Shown here: in pieces, positions 54,301 to 64,000 of the stretch
How positions within the stretch are numbered: the first letter of the stretch is position 1
How the letters are laid out: the number at the start of each line of letters is the position of its first letter
Assembly: GCF_964204645.1 (NCBI RefSeq)
Contig: NC_134031.1
Span: forward strand, 13,627,807 to 13,691,806
From: Tubulanus polymorphus
Lineage: Eukaryota > Animalia > Nemertea
DNA: 64,000 bases
Reading direction: 5' to 3'
Position numbers and translations under genes: made by a program
The notes under the pieces: generated by a model
Database searches by the model: none
Told to the model about the DNA's origin: nothing
What the model saw: only the letters and a program-made list of their open reading frames with translations

Positions 54301-57300
54301 ACGCTGTTCATTCATTCTCTTGTTTTTGCGGGTCTGCCCACCAGGGAAACTACGACAACAGGAACTTGGGAGGTACCTGCCCCCAAATCCGGGGGCAAGC
54401 AGTAGCAACACTCACGAGTGAGAACAGTAATGGTACCATTTGAAATCTATGGACCATGGGATCCCACACCCCCTATGATGGTAGGGGGAGGGGAGCCATA
54501 TACAGTCTACCTGGGATGTAACGTAGCAGTTAAGACCAGATAATTTTTACGTTATAACCAAAATACGGTATACATATATACCGTAGAAACTTTGTTATAT
54601 CCGAATGTCATTTAAAACCAAGGGATATCCATACATGCCTGTATGCAAAAAAAGAGTTCAATGTGTTGAAAAATCAGAGAGGAAATAAGAGGCTTGAAAT
54701 TCTATTAAAGTTTCATGCCGATGTTTGTGAATACATTTTGCTTATCATAGATTTAAAGTCCATGCCTATGTCTAAAGGATCTGATATTAAAGAATCACTT
54801 TTTCTGCCCTCGTAATTTCTTTTTTGTTTACTCAATTATCAAGGAGCATTAGCCTTAATATCTAAATAAAAATAAAACACTAAAATAGACTAAAGTATAC
54901 TAGAAACAGTAGTTAGTTAAACACCGTTTTTCATCTTGCTGCTTTAAAAAACGCGCTACAGACTACTGTTAGCGTATTGTGTATGCCCATATGTAAGTGT
55001 TGTCATGGAAACTATCGATAATTCAGACATGACACGTGTGTGAGTGTGTGTGCTTGTACAGTAGTAGGGCTATTGCAATGTATTTAAACTTTTGGTTTTA
55101 ACTGTTATACTTTTTTCTCATTTTTTAGGGTTTTCTGACTTTCGTCGAAAACCCTCTTGAAATTCTGTTGATTATTATTATTATTATATATTTTCCGCCG
55201 ATTTCGTCAAATAAAATTCATCTTCATTCAGATTCGGCAACTGACAGCTTCGAAATGAAATGTATAAATTGATACTGTAATAACGGTCTCTCTGAACCAA
55301 CAGATTGTCTGAATGTACTTTCCATCCTATTTGAAACTTAAAATTACTTATTAGGTTACTGTAAATAAAGAATTGAATTGTATTGTTAGACAACAAGCAC
55401 CGGGGAAATAACAGTTTGTGACGTCATTTAGTAAGTAAATAAAGGAGGGCTCCGAGAATTTCCAAATCACGGGGGACTATACTGGGGTTAGACCATTCAA
55501 AAGTTCATTATGTACTTGTAGGTTATTAAAAATATTATGATATTTGATTTGGTTTTTCTAAATTTAATTAATGAGGAAACCAATGAAACTATGCTTAGAA
55601 AATATTGGTAATAAAGTAATTTTGAATTTAGTGCGTATCATGCTACTGCTCAGACGCCATTTTTTATTTACATGCGCTCGAATTGATTTCTCGCTATAAA
55701 CTTGTTTGTGTATTGTTGTGTTGTGTATAAGCTCTAGTGAACAACAACGTAAAAGGTAAGGATGAAGCACTTTCTTGTAGTTGTTTATAGCCAGCACGAA
55801 TTTTTGGTGGAGGAAGTCGGGCCGTACTATTTCATCCTCCGGCCCTTGCCAAAGTTTGATTCACCTGCCTGGGCCCGGTTCCACAGTTGTGAGTTATTAG
55901 AGTTAACTCTTGAGTTAAAATCAGTTCAATTTCAATGTTTTAACCCTACTGTCTGTATCGCTGATAGATGAAAGCAGAAAAACTTAAGGAAAAACCCAAT
56001 TACGGATCAAAACGTCGCAAGCATGGGTGACAGAATAATTAGTAGTAGTAGAAAGGAGGGTCTAACTGCAGTTTAGGTCACCTTTCCACTGTGTGGCGCT
56101 AGTGTTATTAAAGAATAGTGGTATGGTTAGGTTAGGTACATAACCATTAGGGACACCTAAACTGCAGTCGCTCCGAAAGGAGAATCTACTAGTAGAACGA
56201 TGACCACACTCAAGCGTGGTGAACGGATAATAAGATAAAATCCCACTATTTACAGATTAAAAGAATTTAAAAACCAGAATTTATTTATTAAATCTAAAAG
56301 AATCTACTAGTGTTAGAACTTCTGCTGAATTCACACCAGTCTCTCGTGGGTGTAGTTAAGTCACTAGATGTTTGCTGAATGTGATTAAAGTCTTACGAGT
56401 AACAAGGTATTGACTATTGGAACCATAATCATGGTTTGATATCTATTCAACAGGTCAAATTGTTCACATTAAGTAGGCTACCATCATGCCTAAAAGAAAA
56501 AGACGTGCTGGTGGCTTTGATCCAAAAAAGGTAAGATTTCTCATGACAATTTTTGACTTGCAAGTGCTCAATTCATGGGAGTGCTGCGACGACGTACACT
56601 ATATAATTGTTACGACGATGTATTATTTTATGCCATATGTCACGACGTATTGATGAATTACCGACGACGTAAGTTTTTGCGACATCGTAAAATCGCCACC
56701 TGGTGGCACTGCACATGTTAATTCAATTTAGAATTTATCATTTTGAACATATGGCGCAATCTTCCCACATTTGTGCATTGTTTCCAAATCTGAATTACAG
56801 CTGGCTCTTCATGTATAATCATTGTTTCTTATGCATTGTTGTTAATTGTTTGGTTCATATACCTTCTCTATTAAGCAATTTTTTTTTATCATCTGTTTTC
56901 AGGTAAACATCATTGCTTCTGTAGTTGGTGAATACTCTGGAATTAAACGTATTGATGTTCGTGGTACACAAATGGACAAACAGTCCTTCATTATAGCTGA
57001 TGAAACACATTCGATGGAATTAATTTTATGGGGTGACCATATCAGAGAGATTTCTAAAGATTCTTCATATAAATTCACAGACCTATTAGTCAGAAATTAT
57101 CATGACATTAAAACCTTGACATCTACACCTTCATCATCCATTACCCAAGTTCAAGATCTACCTCGTTTGAATTTTAAAATAGAGATACCTAAGGATAAAG
57201 TTATTACAGGTGAAACTACAGAAGTTAAAGTATCTAAGTCATATTCTTGTAACAATTGCAAAACTAAAATCTCTGGTAGCAACATTTTGAAATGCAGCAA

Positions 57301-60300
57301 CTGTGGAATGAAACAGTTACATTCTCGACTGAAATCCACCACCTGTGCTTTCTTGAATGTTATGAATCATAAGATAAGGAGTTTTGATGAGACCCTGTCT
57401 AATTTTCTTACTCCTTTGTCCAAGACTCATTTATTAGATAACCCTGATCTGTTAGAAGATTACTTCCTTGAATGTGGACCTATCACTATTCATGTATCTC
57501 ACGACAATGTAGCCAGTGCTATTGTCCTCTCTACTGCTCCCACTAGTACACGCAGTACCATAATTTCTAACTCTGAAACTGTTGCCACTACTCCACAAAA
57601 TCATCCAAAGCTAAAAAGTAAATCCATACATTAAATTTGTAGGGATGAGTATGATGTAACCTTAATTGTAATCGCTGCATTTGATTTTGCAAACTGGTAG
57701 TCAAGTGCACCTTCTTACGTAATTTCATATACTGACTAATGACTTTAGAGAATCTGTCTACAGTCATATAATTGTTTTTTGTCCGTTATTTAAAAATAGG
57801 GCAACAGTGATACCTTATGCTATGTAATGCTTTATTTTAATTTTCATATGATTACTTAATTTTGTAGGACGTTTTGAAGTTGCATCTGATCCTATATACA
57901 TTTATTATTATTTAGGGTTCCTGAACTTCGCTGAAAAAGCTGAAACGCTGAAATAAAGCGCTGAAATAAAGCAACTGAAATTTCAGGGAATTGCCGAAAA
58001 ATGCTGAAATCGTGCTAGAAACCGACAATACACGTTTTGTTATTTCATCCAGGCTGCTGTCTAGTCCTGAACCGTGCTTTAGTCTTTACCTTGATTAGGT
58101 AAAGACTAAGAAGAAATAACAAAACGTGTATAGTCGGTTCCTAGCACGATTTCAGTGTTTTTCAAGAATTCCCTGAAATTTCAGTGGTTTTTTCAGCGAA
58201 GTACACGAACCCTATTATTTAGTCTCATATTCTGCTACTGATCATTTACATTGGCAGTCCTTGAATCTTGAGCAAAATACAACCATTTAATATTTTTGTG
58301 CATTTAGTAAGTCTATTAATTTGTTGTGAAGTGATCTAGGCTAAAAATGCCTACAATCATGTAATACTTTATTTTAAGTTTTTATATAAGTTTAATATAC
58401 TACCTCATATGCACTTGTTAATATAAATTTTTTAATACATCCATTTGTCTGTTCAGAGATGTCATCTGTAACTGGGATTATGTAATTCTGAATCTGATAT
58501 TTTCTATAAAGAGTTAAAAATTTCTCTTATTCAACCCTTGTTCAATACTTTATTATAGATGATTATTCAACTATAAAACATTTATTACCTATCAAAGTAT
58601 TTACTTTTTGGACAAGTAATTCCACGATCTGTTAAAACATGTACAAGTATTTATATACACACCAGTACATGTCGTTTTATTCTATTTTTGTAATCTCCTC
58701 TGAATCTTGTACCTCTACTGCATTTCATCCTTCAGATTTATTTACAATTTATATCTTGGAATAAGTTATTCCAAGCTTAACTAGATATCACTTTATCATA
58801 ACATCTGCATTTATATTCTCAGTGTACATAAATTTTGACCTTTTATTATCTGTAATTTCATTTTAAACAATCCAATGCAAACTGCTATCTATTTCTTTTA
58901 AAAGTTTAACAATTTATATAATTTTAATCACTAATAAAGGATTTATAGTACTTTTTAACTGTTTTTCTTTCGTCCATTTATGGTGGGTTTACATAAATCT
59001 TTGCACTTGCTTTTAATCTGTAATTTTATCCAATAGCTGCTTAATACAAGATGATTATCTTCTCATTTTCAAGCCTGTACCAGTGCTCTAACGCTGATAA
59101 AGAGGAAACCAAACCAATTTCCACAATTAACTTTTTCAATACATGTCATGTTGATTATTATTTAGTAGTATTTTACGTACTTCTGATTTCTAGCTTTAAT
59201 TCTATAAATTTAGCTTTATAAATTACTTAATAATTGCACTAACAATTTGACATCAAATTAATTTTATGAACCAATAAGTTGATTTTCTCAGATGTGCAAA
59301 ATCTAGCCAGTGCTTCCACAAATATTGGCGCCAACTATATTGTGCTGCCATGCTGTGGTCGAACACGAACTCAGTTTGTTCGATATGCAAGAAAAAACAG
59401 GTTTACTAAAATCTGTCAAAAAGAGGATTGCTCCGATAATATCCAAATCATCTCATTTTATTTTTTCATCGAATACCCGGTAATTAATTTTTCCTTTCGA
59501 TCACATGCATCCAGAAAACCCGTTATCGCTGCTTTGCAGCTATATTTAATTTTTGCGATACGTTAGATCAGAGGATAATTACGTTGATTTGACTAATTGG
59601 GACCAAATAATTCATACGATATAAGTGATCTATGTTACCGAAAATACGGTATAATCGCCGTTTTTTAAGGTCTAATAGAAGGAAAAAATCGGGACCTGGG
59701 AAATAAGACGATCAAAGTGAATCTACAGTAAATCCAACGACATTACATGCGAAGTAGACTGCACTCTACCTTCCAGGCAGCAAATGGTCCGACCAGCTGG
59801 AGGAGGGAGCGACATTCCGACTATGAATGGATATAATTATCAGAAGAAAGTAACTCTCTCGGATAGGGTAATGTCAGACCAACTGTTAGACTGAGGTCTA
59901 GGTGGGGTTCTATCTGACATTTCAGGTAAAATCCCTCATCTCATCTTCAGAGATCTATTTGAAATGAATATTCATTTCAAATAAATCTCCGAAGATGGGG
60001 ATTCAGAATGTCAGATTAATGAATATTTGCTTTTAATTTTTAAAGTGGGTCCAGTTTCATGTATACACAAATAATTTGAATCGGTTTTTACATTTTTTTA
60101 ATCTGGGTTCCTTTGTGCGTAATGACTGTAAAATATAACATAAATATTCGTGACACCAGGGCATTGGTAAAGAATAAAAGTTGTTACCTGAACTTCATTT
60201 TCAATTTGGAGTGCTCGTAAAGAATGACCACTGGTGCTCGAAGGTACACCCTTCGGCACTTCCAATACATTAAGTAATACTTTAGAAGGTGGTATGTATT

Positions 60301-62869
60301 CAGTGTGTGTAGCTGAAAATGGTCAAAGATTTATCATTACTGCTGTAACTAAACTTGTGATACACAGTATTTGACTTGAATGATGGTAGAGAATGGCTAG
60401 GCTTTATACTTTTCCTATAGTTAAGAAAGCGCGAAAAGGGGAAAAAATACATGTAATAGGCAACACAAGATATAAGTAGGGTTTCTGCTGAACAGTCAGA
60501 AATCCTTAATTGAAAACAACAACTGTACCTTCACAGAGATATTTCATGATGGCGATTGTACCATTTCTACAGTTTTCTGAAAATTGAAAATGTATCGTTT
60601 TGAACAAGCCAATTCTACAAAATTCATCATCATGGTTACAGTATATTCTAGTAAAAGATGTTGAGAGTTTTTTTATTATGTCTTGGGCAGTCGTTAACAT
60701 TACAGAATGCCATTTGGCTGTTCATGCCGGATGATGTCAGTTGGAATTTATGTACAATTCACTAAGCCTTACTAGGTACAGGCCAACTGGGATAGATTGA
60801 GAAAGTTTTACCTTTTGGTGGTATATGCATCCGATCCACGTCTAGAGTTAAGGTTTCTAATGTTCTAACTCGGCATAGTTCAAGAGGAAGAGAGGTTATA
60901 TGGTTTTCTGATATGTCTAAATTGCGTAGACTTTGCATGGAACAAATGGTGGTCGGCAGGTTTTTTAACTTATTACCTTAAAGATAATCAAAATTGTCAT
61001 GAAATAACATTTCACAAATTGATGGCTTTTGCTCCTTACCCTCACCTCAATTTTAAAACTGAACTCCCTTGGCAAATTTACTAATTATAAATCATTATGA
61101 CAACTAGCTGATATGCTAACAAAAGGTCTGATAGTCCTCAACACATTTTTCACTTGCAGGGTCAGAACTAATATGTTTGTCATACGCATATATGTGTCCA
61201 TACTAACTCTAAATCGAGTGGCATACAACTATACACTTACAACGGAGATTTAATGTTTGCAGATTGTGTAGTTCTCCTATTGAATCTGGCAACTTTTTTA
61301 GTTTGTTGTTTTCAACATTCAGTACCTGAAAAAACAAGGTTTAACACATTTCATTTTGAATGAATATGGTACAGCTTAGAATTAACTAAACGAAAACTGC
61401 AAATCGTTTGCGATTTGAAAGCGTTTTAAAGCCGATACAACAATCAATGGAACACGTTTAATTTCTTTAAAAAATGCCAATTAATTTCCGTTTTTTAACG
61501 TACACGAAAGAGACAATAAACGTTAACGATGGAAAGTTAATTCTAAGCTGTACTGTACTTTTGAAGAAATGCAAAAATATATCGAATGACAAAATTTTTC
61601 TGAAATGCTTCAACCATTGGGGGCTTGAGGGCAATTTTGATAAATTTCACTAATAGTTTTCTATTGGCAAAAAAACAAATCATTTCAACCACTGACATTA
61701 AGTAAATTAATGAAAGGAATAATTGAATGTTCTATAACAGTGATAACAATTTCCTACACAGTACTTGCAACAATGGCCAAACGTTTATCACATTATTACC
61801 AACAAAAACTACAGTTGGAAAATTTGTTTGCGGTATTGAAATATGTATAGGAATTGTAAAAGATGGAAATACTATGCTATTTCACTATCTATAGCCGCCT
61901 GGTGAATACCAATGACTTCGAAATTTACCATTTCACAGAACATGGTAGATGATTCCAAGAAAGTCCACAGCGGGATAGAAATATTGTCAAACCCCCAAAA
62001 TTGTGAAATTTGATAACACAAACCTGTAGACTTTTGAGTTTTCCGATATCATCTGGTAACGTTGCAAACTCATTGTCGTGCAAATCAAGAACCTGAAAAT
62101 GGGATATAATGAAATGATTCCTTTATCAAATACCACCACTTATCTAATGTTTCTCGAATAAGATTTTTTACAAACCCTGATACAAGACGATAGATCAACT
62201 AGGTTTCCTCCACTGTTTAAACTTGAAAGCCAGTTATTATTAAGAAGTAAGGCTTCTTTATGGAGTACTTTGCATAGAGAAAATGTTCCATGGCCAACCT
62301 GAAATGGGAAATCATTAAAAAGGTTATCCGTCATCGTTTCTTTTTATATCTTTACATGAGGTATTGAACTGCACCAGTAGAAATCACTGGCTCATGAAGT
62401 CAACCCTCAAATATATGCCCCCCTCAATTATCCATCAAAATAAAATAATGAATTCCCAATGACAAAATTCACTTCATTGTGAATTACTTAAGAACAATAA
62501 GGCCCAAAAGGACGGATCTAGGTTTTTGGAGTGGGCACATTATTTGAAATGGACAGATTTGGCCTGATGAGCAATGGAGGCCCAAAGTAGTTTCTGTGTA
62601 TAAAAAATGAAAGGATGGCCATCTTGCATCTGATCCCAGAAATTTCATTATGACGATGGTCCCTAGGGGGAAACATATACATACATATGTATGACACTTC
62701 AAAAAGATAATTCATACGAGCACACGTACATGTTCAATGACTATTACTTTAAGAAAGGTACGTTGGCCACTGATGGCCTGGGTAGTTGATGTAGCAGGTA
62801 AACAATATTTCTTACCTCTGATATTTCACATTCAGAAATATCGTAAGCAGAATCTGGACGCTCTTTAGC
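24367..62869 (-). CDS. LRSAM1: E3 ubiquitin ligase LRSAM1/Tal ortholog (LRR - coiled coil - SAM - PTAP - RING); first coding exon not found in window
   Basis: 19 GT-AG exons in consistent phase: 62816-62869, 62176-62298, 62024-62092, 61241-61325, 60812-60976, 60529-60576, 60188-60312, 48247-48279, 48040-48162, 47847-47934, 47565-47732, 47370-47469, 46659-46902, 46422-46517, 45941-46039, 45531-45662, 26096-26215, 24661-24759, 24367-24510 (2115 nt, 704 aa + stop). Peptides DISECEISE, FSLCKVLHK, VLDLHDNEFATLPDDIG, VRTLETLTLD, EYIPPS, YWLIQYQRLM, SAM (YIPHFARHRIT...IGV), PTAPP and RING CVIC...CGHVCCCAEC...CPLCR. Confidence 0.95.
25217..25445 (+). repeat. Dispersed repeat, second copy at ~29932-30140
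   Basis: Shared GAACGACTATTATATTTTGGAAGGTAATGGC...CACATCCTCATTCGATGAC. Confidence 0.75.
25545..25705 (-). mobile_element. Degenerate tRNA-derived SINE fragment
   Basis: GGTACCCATTTAT...AAGTGTCTTGCCC..GACAC central-domain-like motif followed by a reverse tRNA-like head. Confidence 0.5.
26540..29392 (-). mobile_element. pogo/Tigger-family (Tc1/mariner) DNA transposon with degraded POGK-like transposase (~27190-28443)
   Basis: 24-bp imperfect TIRs (CCGTATTTTCCGCCAAATAAGCCG / CGGCTTAATTGCCAGAAAATACGG) flanked by TA. Brinker-type DBD (YDADFKLKVV...VREWKK), CENP-B HTH (KWPELEKEV) and DDE_1 motifs NMDATPVYFDM, KLPPMVVFKRK, PGGLTSVLQPLDVSLNK. Confidence 0.92.
30496..31597 (-). mobile_element. Non-autonomous Helentron-type (HINE/DINE-1-like) element, family A copy 1
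   Basis: In minus orientation: 5' sub-TIR with adjacent inverted copy (TAGCCCACTTGG...CCAGTGGGCTA), internal ~150-bp tandem repeats, 3' sub-TIR and short palindrome. Other copies at 42011-43279 and partial ~45020-45250. Confidence 0.75.
31860..37655 (+). mobile_element. Near full-length degraded CR1-clade LINE (ORF1 ~32213-33660; ORF2 APE+RT ~33700-37545); 5' boundary approximate
   Basis: ORF1 RRTHLILYNIPE/RLGK...RPIRV; APE GVCEVKPKN, GDFN, LDLIFTN, SDHNLI; RT QHGFRSGRS, YLDFEKAF, GVPQGSVLGP, FADDTK; CR1 C-terminus LESIQRRAT...YEERL...TRGH...WNSLP; (TGTTAC)n 3' tail at 37631-37655. Confidence 0.93.
35068..36065. mobile_element. ~1 kb insertion inside CR1 ORF2 (possibly a truncated Helentron-type element)
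   Basis: ORF2 homology stops at EEADNI and resumes at NVNKSAGPDNIHP. Right end has a GGCAAACC-CAC-GGTTCGCC hairpin next to an A-run. Confidence 0.55.
38346..38562 (-). mobile_element. tRNA-derived SINE
   Basis: Minus strand: GGCCTCAGTAGCTCAGTGAG (A box) ... GGTTCGAGTCC (B box), non-tRNA body, (AAAC)n tail. Confidence 0.65.
40649..40950. mobile_element. PIF/Harbinger-like MITE
   Basis: TIRs AGCCAGACGTAGGTCGGCCTT / AAGGCCGACCTACACCCGGCT with TAA duplication on both sides. Related fragments at ~26387-26530 and ~29778-29930 flank the pogo element. Confidence 0.75.
42011..43279 (-). mobile_element. HINE family A copy 2
   Basis: Same termini as 30496-31597, (GGAC)n microsatellite at ~43200-43228 and four ~150-bp internal repeats. 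Confidence 0.78.
44004..44480 (+). mobile_element. Penelope-like element 3' fragment (GIY-YIG endonuclease plus pLTR remnant)
   Basis: CGIYKIPCSQCEKANIREIG...RIKEQ...HTF...IES...NSNTG, followed by a CTGATGA stem-loop and AATAAA. Confidence 0.8.
44629..44897 (+). repeat. ~270-bp near-identical direct repeat, second copy at 46105-46373
   Basis: Direct comparison, few mismatches. Confidence 0.9.
49745..54560 (-). mobile_element. Degraded DIRS (tyrosine-recombinase) retrotransposon, interrupted at ~51304-52140; boundaries approximate
   Basis: Minus-strand remnants VIDLSRFNKFL..PKFHMTT, LKD*YFQVPIHP, VYFENWLII (degenerate YLDD), LGFGINLKK; RNase H INILEMLAVKKAL and ATDNSTVLAYLKNQGGTRS. GC-richer than flanks. 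Confidence 0.82.
56486..57634 (+). CDS. RPA1/RPA70-like OB-fold + zinc-ribbon protein (2 exons: 56486-56530, 56903-57634; 258 aa)
   Basis: MPKRKRRAGGFDPKK|VNIIASVVG...IADETHSMELILWGD...YKFTDLLVRNY...LTSTPSSSI (OB fold), YSCNNCKTK...LKCSNCG (4-Cys zinc ribbon). Canonical GT-AG, phase 0, no stops. Confidence 0.7.
57915..58212. mobile_element. Foldback MITE, Mutator/MULE-like
   Basis: ~300-bp element that is almost entirely an inverted repeat (GGGTTC...GAACCC) with 9-bp TSD TATTATTTA on both sides. Confidence 0.8.
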
Positions 62870-64000
62870 CTAAAAAAAGGAAATTGTTTCTATTATTTAT
62901 GTTATCATCACTTCCCACAAAAAAATTACCACCAGCCACATCTAGCCATAGTTCCCTTTTTTAGCTCGGTTAAATGAGTAGCTATTTCGTAATGTCTCAA
63001 GTCGGCTAAAAATGGCATCCATTAGGAAGCTACTGGTCCCAAATAAATTGCCCATGGGCAAAGTGTGGTTTACCTTGAAAGCCAGAGGTTGTTTGGGGTA
63101 AGGGCATTGCTCGAAAAATTTTTTTAATTCGTGACTTCAAAGTTCTACAACTTTAAATATTCTATTTTATCTTTCTTAAAGGATTATTTTGTAGTCAAAA
63201 GACCAAAGATATACATTTGTTTACGGTCCACATTCGTAGGGTACAGGTAGGCGCGGCATGGAAACTATTTTATATTTTCAAAGAAATATTTTTCATAATA
63301 TGAAAAAATATTCAAATAAAATTCAAATGATGTCACATATCAGAGGGTGGCTGAATGTATGGCTGCGGAAGCTAAAATACTGGTGCAGTAAGAAATCGGT
63401 GTATTAGATCGTTTTAAATCCTGGAATTTACCACTACAATATTCAGACCTTGACCTATACCTATAGTTTGCTGCTTAGTATTTTCAGGTCACAAGAAATT
63501 ACAATTTATTACAAATTCTATCAAACAGAAAACACAGCGCTCATCTTCTGCTGATTAAATGTCAAATGCGCCAGCAAGCAGCGTTACAGTATCACTATAG
63601 TGGTGTATTCTGTACGCGCGTGTGTTTGTGTATGCAACAGTCTAATCCATATGAGTCATTCTGCAGATTTTCCAGAACCTGCTCTGAGAGGCCGACTGGC
63701 CAGTGGTTTGAATCAATAGAAAATGAAAACCATTCACCAGATTGAGCTAAAACAGTTGCATGTCAAGATGATAGGGAAACAAAAGTTTCATATGCGGAAT
63801 GTTCATTACATGTATTTTCGCTAAACTATAAGAAAATAAAATTGGAATTGGCATTTTCCAACAAATTAAGAAATACAAATACTTTTCATAGAAATAAAGA
63901 AATTGAATTTTTCTCCATGGGAACATTTTTATCAAAACATATATATATATATTTCATCAAAAATTTCATCTATAACTTAAATGAAAAAGAAAATTCACAA

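Larger units (their letters stand above)
55125..59546 (+). mobile_element. Helentron-type element, family B, carrying an RPA-like gene
   Basis: 5' end TAGGGTTTTCTGAC..CGAAAACCCT plus (TTA)n after a T-run; 3' end CAGAAAACCC plus GCTGCTTTGCAGC hairpin before TATATTT. Confidence 0.65.

Noticed and set aside
63075-63108. ATGCCCTTA...CAAG|GTAA as LRSAM1 first coding exon (starts MPL like vertebrate LRSAM1)
   Set aside because: 34 nt gives phase 1 but the next exon starts in phase 0, and the expected KRLE-like segment is missing. The true exon is probably beyond the window.

Overview
Animal (invertebrate-like, AT-rich, intron-containing) genomic DNA with four parts. (1) 1-~15.2 kb: a degraded endogenous Polinton/Maverick-like virus (PLV). 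It encodes a putative double-jelly-roll major capsid, a putative minor capsid, an rve integrase, a multi-zinc-finger protein, two small OB-fold-like proteins and about seven predicted membrane proteins. Part of the gene block recurs as a diverged inverted copy, broken by a ~3 kb host repeat. Fifteen of its 18 recognisable gene starts are exactly TAAATG (the other three are near-variants), usually just after a T-run. This is the poxvirus late-promoter/initiator signature and suggests a virophage-like element transcribed by a cytoplasmic helper virus. (2) ~15.7-20.2 kb: an inverted-repeat-bounded segment with a spliced poly-Asp/Ulp1(C48)-protease/PHD-like pseudogene and a 68-bp minisatellite. 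(3) 20.2-22.5 kb: a BEL/Pao LTR remnant. (4) 24.4-62.9 kb: the host gene LRSAM1 on the minus strand (19 coding exons reconstructed; first coding exon not found in the window). Its two giant introns hold nested pogo, CR1, DIRS, Penelope, SINE, MITE and Helentron-type elements, one of which carries an apparently intact, spliced RPA-like gene. Family assignments come from recalled motifs, not database searches.
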